Shown here: positions 1-8,096 of the stretch, in pieces
How the letters are laid out: the number at the start of each line of letters is the position of its first letter
Position numbering within the stretch: the stretch's first letter is position 1
Assembly: GCA_040902925.1 (NCBI GenBank)
Contig: JBBDWJ010000262.1
Location: forward strand, 12,768 to 76,767
Reading direction: 5' to 3'
DNA: 64,000 nucleotides
From: Bryobacterales bacterium
GTDB lineage: Bacteria > Acidobacteriota > Terriglobia > Bryobacterales > UBA6623
Translations under genes and position numbers: made by a program
The notes under the pieces: model-generated
Told to the model about the DNA's origin: nothing
What the model saw: the letters and a program-made list of their open reading frames with translations, nothing else
The model's database searches: none

Positions 1-198
1 GCGCCCGTGCTCGTCATTCACGGCACGAAAGACCAGGTGATCGACCACGAGTTGGGGCGTGCGGTGTTTGAAGCGGCGCCCGAGCCGAAACAGTTCTGGA
101 GCGTCGAAGGCGCGCGCCACAGCGACATTCTTGAGGTAGCCCGCGAACAGTACCCGGCGCGGCTTAGCGAGTTCTTTGATCAATTGCGCGTTCGGTAG
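1..198 (+). CDS. alpha/beta-fold hydrolase, C-terminal fragment (N-terminus lies upstream of the window)
   Basis: The frame is open from base 1. The translation ...APVLVIHGTKDQVIDHELG...GARHSD... looks like the Asp/His-bearing C-terminal end of alpha/beta hydrolases. Confidence 0.6.
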   Translation, partial: APVLVIHGTKDQVIDHELGRAVFEAAPEPKQFWSVEGARHSDILEVAREQYPARLSEFFDQLRVR

Positions 199-226
199 CG
201 GGGACTCCACAGCCGCCGGCGCCAAA

Positions 227-724
227 TCAGTGTTTGGTGACGGGTACGCTAACTTCCGCCGTGACCGGGGGAAGGCACGCCTTCTCGTTGCATGCCTGGT
301 AACGCAGTGTTCCGGTCAGCTCGTTCAGGCCGGCGGGAAGCGGTTCGGGAACTTTGAAGGTGGAGAGCAGCGTGATGGTTCCCGAAAATACCGAGAGCGG
401 CTTTTCCGAAAACTCATACTTGACGGTTTCGGCCTTGGGGTACTCCACGGACTTCACCGTCAGCCCGGCAACGTCCCAGGTGAGGCGCGTGGGAATCAGG
501 TAGTCTTCCGCGGGGTTGTCCGAGTTCATGTGGTAGCCGGGGCGAATAGCGACCTTGAGCGCAACGGCCAAGTCCTCTCCCGGCTTGATCTGCACACCCT
601 TCGGGGGCATCACGCTGGCGGCCTGCACGCCTCGGAACTGCGCCCTCGCGACGCCCAACTGCAGCAGGAGGGCGGTCGTCGCGGTCAGCAGGGCGGCGGC
701 CTTACAGAAGTTTCTTAATTTCAT
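227..724 (-). CDS. periplasmic DsbD N-terminal-domain-like thiol-disulfide protein
   Basis: 165 aa with a signal peptide (ALLLQLGVARAQ). The C-terminal LRYQACNEKACLPP motif is typical of the DsbD alpha-domain family. It overlaps the upstream TlpA-like gene by 23 nt, consistent with an operon. Confidence 0.65.
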   Translation of the reverse strand: MKLRNFCKAAALLTATTALLLQLGVARAQFRGVQAASVMPPKGVQIKPGEDLAVALKVAIRPGYHMNSDNPAEDYLIPTRLTWDVAGLTVKSVEYPKAETVKYEFSEKPLSVFSGTITLLSTFKVPEPLPAGLNELTGTLRYQACNEKACLPPVTAEVSVPVTKH

Positions 725-1238
725 CCTCGTAGTCGCTCATGCTGACCAGGCCCATATGCTCGCTAAAGATGCGGCCTTCCTTGTCGATGATGAAGGTGGT
801 CGGAAGGGCCTGTATGCCGTTGGGAAAGCGCTCGGCGAGTTCGTCGTCACCCAGCAGGACGGGGAAATTGAGCTTGAGCTCTTCGGTGAAGGGCCGCACG
901 ACATCCCAGCCCTCTTCGTCGAGCGAGATCGCCACCACGCTGAAACCCTGATCCTTGTATTTGCGCTGGAACTCGACGAACCACGGCATCTCAATCTTGC
1001 ACGGGCCGCACCAGGTGGCCCAGAAGTTGAGCAACACGACTTTCCCTCGAAAATCGGCCAGGCTCACGTCGTTGCCGTCGCCGTCTTTCAGGGTGAACTC
1101 CGGAGCGGGCTTGCGTTCTTCGAGGTTAGCGTCCGCTGCCGAGACCGTGTCCTCCGACACCTCCGAGTTCAGTGTGCATGAGCCCGTCAATAGTAGCCCG
1201 GCGGCCAAGGCCGCAACCGGAGCGATCCGTTTCGTCAT
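702..1238 (-). CDS. TlpA/ResA-family thioredoxin-fold thiol:disulfide oxidoreductase
   Basis: Contains the FWATWCGPC active site and a lipoprotein-like signal (LLLTGSC). I chose the ATG at 1238 because AAGGAGAG lies 6 nt upstream; the track ORF extends to 1304. Confidence 0.85.
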   Translation of the reverse strand: MTKRIAPVAALAAGLLLTGSCTLNSEVSEDTVSAADANLEERKPAPEFTLKDGDGNDVSLADFRGKVVLLNFWATWCGPCKIEMPWFVEFQRKYKDQGFSVVAISLDEEGWDVVRPFTEELKLNFPVLLGDDELAERFPNGIQALPTTFIIDKEGRIFSEHMGLVSMSDYEDEIKKLL

Positions 1239-1393
1239 CAAAACTCTCCTTGGAACGTAAACCTGATTATACCCATTGGACTTTTCCGGCTCCGCGCTCA
1301 GCACGCCTCTCCACAGGCCTAGGACTGGCGCTCCAGGCAGCAGGTTACAGGCATCCTGGCCTACAAGACACTTCGACGCCGGACCCGTTCCGG

Positions 1394-2755
1394 TTACCCG
1401 CCTTCCTTATCCTCGACGCGCACGCCAAGGAGCCCGCGATGGAGCCGGACGTTCAGCCTGTCGTCGACGGCGGCTTGCGCGGAATCTCGCAGCACGCCGC
1501 CGGCGGGGGTTTGGACGATAGCGTAGCCGCGCTCGAGGATCGCCAGAGGGCTAAGGTGCTGGAGCTGCTGGCACAACGAACCGAGCGCCGCGCCTTCGCG
1601 CTCCAGACGCCAGCGAATGAGCGGCGGCAACCGCTCCCACAGTTGATCGAGCCGCGAGCGCGAGCGCGCCAGCCGGACGCGGAAATCAAGCCCCGCAAGC
1701 GCGTGCTGCTGGTCGCGCAGCCTGTTTTCAGCGAGCCGCATGCGGCGCACGATAAGCTGGCGCGCCTGGAAGTGCAGCTCGTCGGTGCGTTGATGACCGG
1801 CGGCGATCTTTCGCCGCAGGATGGTGACTGCCCTTTCGACGCTGCGTTCGAGCAGCTCGCGCCCCGAAGTCGCCAGCTTATAGCGCAGCGCTCGCAGCGC
1901 TCGTTCCCGGAAACTCTGCACGGCGTGCAGCAGCTCCGACTTCCGCTGCACGACGAGCTCGGCGGCGGCCGACGGCGTCGGTGTTCGCAAGTCGGCTACG
2001 AAGTCGGCGATCGTGAAGTCGGTCTGGTGCCCTACCGCCGAAATGACGGGCACGGCGCAGTCGGCGATAGCCCGCGCCACCAGCTCCGTGTTGAAGGCCC
2101 AAAGATCTTCCAGCGAGCCGCCGCCGCGCCCGACGATGACCACGTCGACCGACTGTGTTTTGCTGAAGTACGCCAGGCCGCGCGCGATCTGCCGTGGAGC
2201 TTCTTCTCCCTGCACCAAAGCCGGGTAGATCAATACCCGCAATCCCGCGAACCGCCGCTCGAGAATGCGCAGCATGTCGGCAATGGCGGCTCCCGTGGGC
2301 GAAGTCACGATGCCGATTGTGCGAGGCAGCATCGGGAGCGGCCGCTTGCGCGATTCCTCGAACAGGCCCTCGGCCGCGAGCCGTTTCTTGAGCTGCTCGA
2401 AGGCGAGCTGCAGCGCTCCATAGCCCTGCGGCTCGAGCGTTTCGACGTACATCTGATACTCGCCGCGCGCGCCGTAAACGCTGATGCGGCCGCGGGCGGT
2501 AACCGCCAGGCCGTCTTGTGGCTTGACCTTGAGGTAGCGGGCTTCCTGCCGGAAGCAAACACAGCGGAGCTGGGCGTCGCGGTCTTTGAGGACGAAATAG
2601 TAGTGCCCGCTGGGAGCCAGCCGGGCATTGGAGATTTCACCCGAAACCCAGACCCGCCCGAGCTCACCTTCGAGCAGCGCCCGAATTGCTTCGGTCAGCT
2701 CCGAGACGGTGAAAACCGGCTGTTTTGGCGCCAGGTCGAGTCCGAGTTGCTCCAT
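1394..2755 (-). CDS. xseA: exodeoxyribonuclease VII large subunit
   Basis: Full-length similarity to XseA: an N-terminal OB fold (VWVSGEISN...YFVLKD), a catalytic core and a C-terminal coiled coil. I chose the start at MEQLGLDL (2755). The longer TTG-start ORF (to 2785) runs into a palindromic repeat. Confidence 0.9.
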   Translation of the reverse strand: MEQLGLDLAPKQPVFTVSELTEAIRALLEGELGRVWVSGEISNARLAPSGHYYFVLKDRDAQLRCVCFRQEARYLKVKPQDGLAVTARGRISVYGARGEYQMYVETLEPQGYGALQLAFEQLKKRLAAEGLFEESRKRPLPMLPRTIGIVTSPTGAAIADMLRILERRFAGLRVLIYPALVQGEEAPRQIARGLAYFSKTQSVDVVIVGRGGGSLEDLWAFNTELVARAIADCAVPVISAVGHQTDFTIADFVADLRTPTPSAAAELVVQRKSELLHAVQSFRERALRALRYKLATSGRELLERSVERAVTILRRKIAAGHQRTDELHFQARQLIVRRMRLAENRLRDQQHALAGLDFRVRLARSRSRLDQLWERLPPLIRWRLEREGAALGSLCQQLQHLSPLAILERGYAIVQTPAGGVLRDSAQAAVDDRLNVRLHRGLLGVRVEDKEGG

Positions 2756-2768
2756 AACGATTGCTATG

Positions 2769-2890
2769 CCAAGTGGGACAGGCAATCCTGCCTGTCCAGG
2801 ACGCCAACCGCGCGCTACGAACGCCCCGTTCGATGCCTTTTTCTAAGCCCACACTTTTGAAGGACAGGCAAGATTGCCTGTCCCACTTGC
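2769..2890. repeat. nested-palindrome MITE/REP-like element, with 29-nt inverted arms around a 64-bp core
   Basis: Arms at 2769-2797 (ccaagtgggacaggcaatcctgcctgtcc) and 2862-2890 (ggacaggcaagattgcctgtcccacttgc) are inverted copies with 2 mismatches. Each arm is itself GGACAGGCA-N4-TGCCTGTCC. Confidence 0.75.
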
Positions 2891-2905
2891 CGCTAAGATA
2901 GCCTG

Positions 2906-3967
2906 ATGAACAGCCGGAAGAACCTAAAACATAACACGCCACGCCGTGAGGTTCTGCGATGGATGCTGGCGGGCGGGGCGGCATCGGCCTTGTTGCCGCG
3001 GCAAGATCGCGCGCTGGCTCAGCAAACACTCCCCGCCGGGACTGTGCAAACCGTCACGGGACCGATCGCTGCCTCCGAGCTAGGCGTGACGTTGATGCAC
3101 GAGCATATCGTCACCGACCTGCGCGATCCGGCCGAACGCAGGGCCGGTGACTATGACCGCGAAGATGCGATCCGTGTCGCGCTACCGCACCTTGAGGCGC
3201 TTCGCAAAGCCGGCTGCCGTACCCTGGTTGAGATCACGCCGATCCACATCGGCCGCGACCCGTTGGCGCTGCGAGCACTTGCCGCGAAATCGGGACTGCA
3301 TATCGTATGCGCCACCGGCATTTATGGGGCCGCGAAGCAGCTCTTCATCCCCGATTACGCGCGCGACGAAACCGCCGAACAGCTCGCGGAACGCTACGTG
3401 CGCGAGTTTCGGAACGGCATCGACGATACCGGTGTCAAGCCGGGAATCATCAAGACAGGAGTCAACACCGCGACGCCCTTGCCCGAGATCGAGCGCAAGC
3501 TGGTAAGAGCCGCGGCGCTGGCGCACAAGCAAACAGGACTGGCGGTTGCGTCCCACACCGGCCCCGGGGCTCCGGCTTTGGAGGAGTTGAAAATTCTCGC
3601 ATCCGAAGGCGTGGCCCCAAAGTCGTTCATCTGGGTACACGCGCAAAGCGAGAAAGACCACGAGATCCACCGCCGCGTCGCGAAGGAAGGAGCCTGGGTC
3701 GAGTTCGACGGCGTGGGCCCGAAGTCCATCGACTGGCACGTCGAGTGTGTGCGCGTGATGGCCGAGGCCGGATTGCTGCACCGCACACTGGTTTCTCAAG
3801 ACGCCGGATGGTATCGTCCCGGTGAGCCGGGCGGCGGCAACTATCGCGGGTATTCTCTGTTGTTGGAGGAATTCGTCCCCAAGCTTACGGCGGCAGGTCT
3901 TTCCAGCGAGGAGATTGATCAGTTGCTGATAAAAAACCCGGCAGCAGCGCTAACAGGTTCGGCATGA
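2906..3967 (+). CDS. phosphotriesterase-related (PTE/Php family) amidohydrolase-fold protein with a twin-arginine signal
   Basis: 353 aa. The N-terminal RREVLRWMLAGGAASALL is TAT-like. GVTLMHEHIVTDL matches the PTE-family metal-binding HxH start, and the overall length fits the family. Confidence 0.8.
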   Translation: MNSRKNLKHNTPRREVLRWMLAGGAASALLPRQDRALAQQTLPAGTVQTVTGPIAASELGVTLMHEHIVTDLRDPAERRAGDYDREDAIRVALPHLEALRKAGCRTLVEITPIHIGRDPLALRALAAKSGLHIVCATGIYGAAKQLFIPDYARDETAEQLAERYVREFRNGIDDTGVKPGIIKTGVNTATPLPEIERKLVRAAALAHKQTGLAVASHTGPGAPALEELKILASEGVAPKSFIWVHAQSEKDHEIHRRVAKEGAWVEFDGVGPKSIDWHVECVRVMAEAGLLHRTLVSQDAGWYRPGEPGGGNYRGYSLLLEEFVPKLTAAGLSSEEIDQLLIKNPAAALTGSA

Positions 3968-4011
3968 GCTGGTTGGCATAGTGCAGGGGAATACAGCAGG
4001 TTCGGCATAGC

Positions 4012-4210
4012 GCCTGTCCCGAACGGGACAGGCCAAGTGGCGACAGGCGCTCCCGCCTGTCAGCCGCCCCAGGGCGGGGCCTCTGCCCGCCGCAAGCCTT
4101 TGCACGCACCCCGGCAGCGCGATCAAGATCCCTCGACTTTCGATCGGCATCCCAAAATAGCCGCCGCTCCGCGGCGGCTGACAGGCGATAGCGCCTGTCG
4201 CCACTTGGCC
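4012..4210. repeat. perfect hairpin plus a second nested-palindrome element of the same family (38-nt inverted arms, 104-bp core)
   Basis: A hairpin gcctgtccc-gaac-gggacaggc sits at 4012-4033. Arms at 4031-4068 and 4173-4210 are inverted copies that differ only in the central 3 nt. They share the CCAAGTGG(N)GACAGGC...GCCTGTC terminus with the 2769-2890 element. Confidence 0.75.
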
Positions 4211-4360
4211 AGGCGCCGCCGCGCCTGGATTTGCTGCCGCGCCTAGCTTCCCGCGGCGAGTCAGGACCATAAGGGTTTCTCCCAATTTCCAGACGGGGCA
4301 AAAACATGACACTTTGGAACTGCGGAGCGTCCTCGCCACACCCGGGCGGCCGGGGCCGCG

Positions 4361-5899
4361 TTGACGCAGGGGGGAATTCTGTCGGTTTGTCTCCAGTGGG
4401 CTTGCCGCGCCGGGTTGGCAGCGTGGTTCCTGCTCGCAGCGCCGCTTGCGTTGCGGGCCGACGTCACTCTGAGCGTGCTGCCAGCGGTCGAAAAGCGCTG
4501 GGCTCTGGTAGTTGGCGTCGATCGCTACGACGACCCGCAGATCGTCCCGTTGCGAGGCGCCGGCAATGACGCCGCGGCCATGGCCGGGGCAATCACTCGC
4601 TACGCCGGCTTTCCCGAAGAGCAAGTCATACTGCTGTCGCCCGACCAGCCTCGGAATCGGCAGCCGACCCGCGCCAATATCCTGTTTCAGATTTCCAACC
4701 TCTCGCAACTGGTCCCTAAAGACGGCCTGTTTCTGTTCTTCTTCGCCGGGCACGGCGTCGAGCGCGACAGCAACGCGTTCCTCATGCCGGCCGACGCCCG
4801 CATGACGGAAAACATAAAAATTCTGGAAGCGACCGGCATCGGCGTCACCAACCTGCGGACGTGGATCGAGGACATGCACGTCAAGCAAGTCCTGATGTTC
4901 CTCGACGCCTGCCGCAACAGCCCCGTCGCGGGCCGCGGAGACGATGCGCCCAACGAATTGACCGAGACCTTCACGCAGGGGTTCCGGTTCGACCAGCGCA
5001 ACGAGGGAATCGAAGCGTTCGCGGTTCTCTATGCCACGGCCGTTGGCCAGCGCGCCTACGAGTACTCGGAGCGGCGGCACGGATATTTCACGTGGGCGGT
5101 GGTTGAGGCGCTCAAGGGTGGCGCGGCTAACGAAAAAGGCGAAGTGACGCTCGCCGGTCTCGAGAAATACGTGCAAGAGGTTGTGCCGCGGCGCGTACAA
5201 ATCGATCTGGGGGCCGAAAAAGCGCAGAAGCCCTTCGCCGAAGTCAGCGGCTATCGCGCCAGCGAGCTGGTCATCGCCACCGCCGTGCAAGGGAGCGCTT
5301 CCGACCCGGCCAGACCAGGCTACAGCGAGGCGCTCAGCGAGTGGGAGCGCATTCGGGACCGGCGCACCGCCAAGGATTTCCAGCAGTTCCTTGAAAAATA
5401 TCCGGACGGGCCGTTCGCCGCGCAAGCCGTGGCCAGGCTTGAAGAGATGGACTGGGAACGCGTCCAGAACAGCAACGACATCGCGCTGCTGCGTGCTTTC
5501 TACGAGCGCCGGCCGGCGGGTCCGTTTGCCGACCGCGCCCGTGCCGCCATTGCGAATCTGCAAGAGGTTCAGGGCCGCCAGCAAGCGCTTCTCGAGGCCT
5601 TGCGGCGCTACGAACAAGCCTACGAATCGCGTAACGCCGCGCAGTTGGCGGCTGTCTGGCCCAGTCTGGAGAGCCGCGATGTCGAGCGGATCGAAGAGTT
5701 CTTCCGCATCTCGAAATCCATCGAGCTGAGCTTCTATCCGGAAGGCGATGCCGTGTTCTCTCCCGACAAGGCGTCGCTGCTATGCCGCCGCCTGTTCACC
5801 TTCACTGACCAGCGCGGCAATCAGAAGACGAATACCGACAAGGTTACCGTCGTGTTTCGCGCTCAGGGAGACGCCTGGGTGATCGATTCGCTGCGCTGA
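4361..5899 (+). CDS. secreted caspase-family (peptidase C14, orthocaspase-like) protein with C-terminal helical repeats and an NTF2-like tail
   Basis: 512 aa with a signal peptide ending ALRA/DV. The catalytic dyad context is present: FFFAGHGV (His) and MFLDACRNSP (Cys). Two FLEKYPDGPFAAQA / FYERRPAGPFADRA repeats follow. The start is a TTG, so it is uncertain. Confidence 0.8.
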   Translation: MTQGGILSVCLQWACRAGLAAWFLLAAPLALRADVTLSVLPAVEKRWALVVGVDRYDDPQIVPLRGAGNDAAAMAGAITRYAGFPEEQVILLSPDQPRNRQPTRANILFQISNLSQLVPKDGLFLFFFAGHGVERDSNAFLMPADARMTENIKILEATGIGVTNLRTWIEDMHVKQVLMFLDACRNSPVAGRGDDAPNELTETFTQGFRFDQRNEGIEAFAVLYATAVGQRAYEYSERRHGYFTWAVVEALKGGAANEKGEVTLAGLEKYVQEVVPRRVQIDLGAEKAQKPFAEVSGYRASELVIATAVQGSASDPARPGYSEALSEWERIRDRRTAKDFQQFLEKYPDGPFAAQAVARLEEMDWERVQNSNDIALLRAFYERRPAGPFADRARAAIANLQEVQGRQQALLEALRRYEQAYESRNAAQLAAVWPSLESRDVERIEEFFRISKSIELSFYPEGDAVFSPDKASLLCRRLFTFTDQRGNQKTNTDKVTVVFRAQGDAWVIDSLR

Positions 5900-6101
5900 G
5901 TAGGCCGTCAGCCTTGCGCATACGGCCTTCGCGAGCTGCACTGGCTTGCACGGCCTAGATCCTGTCCGCAAATTTCCCTCGTGGATAACCCCTTCTCCAA
6001 TCCCAAACGAAACGCTGGTAGCTGAACAGTAACTTTTTCTTGGCTTAGGTTTCAATAAACTGCTACACGTCCGCAACTTCCCATTGGTAGCCTCACCGCT
6101 T

Positions 6102-6248
6102 ATGGACTCCGCGCTGGCGCTAGCCTTGTTGGTCGGCCTTGCCTGGATCGTTGGCGTGACGGGAGAACGCCATTTCCCGCCCGCGGCCCGCTGGAAGTGG
6201 GCCTTGGGTTGGGTCTTGGCCATCTTGGTCGCCTACCCGGGCTGGTGA
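6102..6248 (+). CDS. possible 48-aa two-helix membrane peptide (hypothetical)
   Basis: Read by eye; it is below the track cutoff. Translation: MDSALALALLVGLAWIVGVTGERHFPPAARWKWALGWVLAILVAYPGW. No clear RBS. Coordinates are uncertain by 1 nt (see rejected notes). Confidence 0.25.
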   Translation: MDSALALALLVGLAWIVGVTGERHFPPAARWKWALGWVLAILVAYPGW

Positions 6249-6425
6249 TTCGCCGCCGCGCATTGCTTCCTACCATTTTGCTGGCTGCGCTGCGATGTCC
6301 CTGGCAGGCCTCCGCCTCCGGGGCTGAACGCGCGCGGTTCTCCGGGTTCTAGCCAATGCTTGGGTTTCGGTCCCGGCCCGGCGCGACCCCAAGCGCTCGA
6401 TTTCTCTGATTGCCCAATGAATTGT

Positions 6426-6457
6426 CCCGCCGCGACGCCCGTGGCGGGGCGTTTTTT
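6426..6457 (+). terminator. rho-independent terminator
   Basis: An 8-bp GC stem cccgccgc / gtggcggg (one G-U pair) with a 7-nt loop, followed by gcgTTTTTTcg. Confidence 0.65.
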
Positions 6458-6627
6458 CGTTGTTGAGTTGCCATTGGCGGTACCAATGGCGAGGGCAGGA
6501 ATCGCGGCGCTGTCCGGCATGAGCATCCCAGAGCCAATCGCCGCCGGGGTGGCGCTTGTTTCTCGCAAACACGGAACTCCGGCTGAGCGAATCGCGTAAC
6601 TGCAAGTAGGCCGGGAGGAGCCTTAAA

Positions 6628-6828
6628 GTGTTCACCTTTCTGCTGTGGTTGCTGCTGCTGGTGGTGTGCTGGCCATTGGCGCTTCTGGCGCTGATTGCCT
6701 ATCCGCTGGTTTGGCTGCTGTTACTGCCGTTCCGCATCGTTGGGATCGCAGTTGGCGGAGTGCTGGAGTTGCTCTGGGCCGTGGTGACCTTCCCGGCTCG
6801 GCTGCTTCGAGGCCCGATCCGGGCATAG
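6628..6828 (+). CDS. small hydrophobic membrane protein (hypothetical, 66 aa)
   Basis: GTG start with GGGAGGAG 8 nt upstream. The protein MFTFLLWLLLLVVCWPLALLALIAYPLVWLLLLPF... is almost entirely transmembrane. Confidence 0.45.
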   Translation: MFTFLLWLLLLVVCWPLALLALIAYPLVWLLLLPFRIVGIAVGGVLELLWAVVTFPARLLRGPIRA

Positions 6829-6956
6829 CCCATGCCAGCCGGGCCATCGAGGACCTAGACGGAAAAGCGGTACGCCGCCCGAGCGCGGACGCCAACCACG
6901 CGCCAAGCCCCCAAAAGCCGAGCTAGAATGAAGGCCAGACTGCCGAGGAGGTTGCC

Positions 6957-8093
6957 ATGGCCTTGGACCGAAGAGCATTTCTGGCTGCGTCGCTAGCTGC
7001 CACCGCCGCTGCTTGTCAGAAAACTGCCGCCGACAAACAAGCGTCCTCCGGTTCGGGCGCGCAGGCCGCGGCGGGAATCCCCGGCCCCTATCCGGGCCGC
7101 GTCGTGGCGGTTCATCACGACGGCAGCATCGTCGGGGACCAATACCAGGCCGAGCCCGTGCGCCAGATGATGGAGCGCGGCATGCTCGATCTCACGCACG
7201 CCGAAAGCTGGGCCGACGCCTGGAAGCAATTCTTCGAACCGGGCGACGTGGTGGGCATCAAGCTCAACCCCGTAGGCGCGCCGCACGTGATTTCGGCGCC
7301 TGAGGTGCTGCATCCGATCATCGACGGCCTCGAGCAGGCCGGCGTCAAACGCCAGGACATCATCGCCTACGACCGCTATCACGACGCCTTCCAGGGCGCT
7401 GGTTTCGATAAGTGGCTGCCGGAGGGCGTGCGCTGGATGTCGGCCTCAGCAACCTATCTGAACGTCCAAATGGACATGGATGGCTACGACCCGGACATCT
7501 ACCGCGAGCTGCCGCTGGTGCATCCCGACTACTTGAGCGACTATCGGGCCGATGATTCGCACATCCGCCGCTCCTACGTGTCGCGGTTCCTTTCCAAGGA
7601 AATCAACAAGCTCGTCAACGTCTGCGTGCTCAAGCATCACCAGTCGGCCGGTGTGACGCTGGCGCTAAAAAATCTCTCGCACGGGCTCGTGAATAACGTC
7701 AACCGCAGCCACGCCAGCACGACCGCCAATGCTTGCGGCATTTTCATCCCGGCGATTGTCGATCTGCCGGTCATTCGTCAGAAGGTCGTGCTGAACATTC
7801 TCGACGGAGTCAAAGCTGCTTATCATGGCGGCCCTGGGTCGAAAGTCGGCAAATACATGTGGGCGCACAAGACGATGTATTTTGCAACCGATCCGGTGGC
7901 GCTCGACAAGACGGGCTGGAAAGAAATCGACAAGAAGCGCGCGGAAGTGGGCGTGCCCTCGATCGCGCTGCTCAAGCCCGACGAGGACAGCCAATGGCTG
8001 AACACTCACGTTGAGCACATCGAGCTGGCAGGCAATATGGGCCTGGGCATCTACGATGACGAAAAGATCCGCGTGAAACGCATCGACCTATAG
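6957..8093 (+). CDS. DUF362 domain-containing protein with a TAT/lipoprotein-type signal
   Basis: RBS GAGGAGG precedes the start. The N-terminus is MALDRRAFLAASLAATAAAC. DUF362-like blocks are present: VGIKLNP, VLKHHQSAGVTLALKNLSHG, LNILDGVKAAYHGGPG, FATDPVALD. Confidence 0.75.
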   Translation: MALDRRAFLAASLAATAAACQKTAADKQASSGSGAQAAAGIPGPYPGRVVAVHHDGSIVGDQYQAEPVRQMMERGMLDLTHAESWADAWKQFFEPGDVVGIKLNPVGAPHVISAPEVLHPIIDGLEQAGVKRQDIIAYDRYHDAFQGAGFDKWLPEGVRWMSASATYLNVQMDMDGYDPDIYRELPLVHPDYLSDYRADDSHIRRSYVSRFLSKEINKLVNVCVLKHHQSAGVTLALKNLSHGLVNNVNRSHASTTANACGIFIPAIVDLPVIRQKVVLNILDGVKAAYHGGPGSKVGKYMWAHKTMYFATDPVALDKTGWKEIDKKRAEVGVPSIALLKPDEDSQWLNTHVEHIELAGNMGLGIYDDEKIRVKRIDL

Positions 8094-8096
8094 CGA

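Noticed and set aside
1172-2860. 562-aa ORF on the plus strand
   Set aside because: It is antisense to the clearly recognisable xseA. Its composition is Arg/Ala/Pro-rich and non-protein-like, the typical shadow ORF of GC-rich DNA.
3950-5617. 555-aa ORF on the minus strand
   Set aside because: It is antisense to the caspase-family gene, which has intact catalytic motifs. The shadow translation is low complexity and runs through the palindromic repeat element.
6061-6240. Apparent one-base disagreement between the printed bases and the ORF track
   Set aside because: Translating what I read at 6060/6061 and 6240/6241 does not reproduce track ORFs 5780-6223(-) and 6233-6568(-) unless one base is removed at the first position and one added at the second. 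This is most likely my own reading error at line breaks, so I make no biological claim. I trusted the track and flagged a 1-nt uncertainty for the 48-codon ORF.
5900-6956. Looked for a gasdermin-like or other partner gene next to the caspase-family protease
   Set aside because: No ORF of suitable size or composition exists on either strand, only Arg/Pro-rich shadow ORFs and two tiny hydrophobic ORFs. A caspase-gasdermin type system is therefore not supported.
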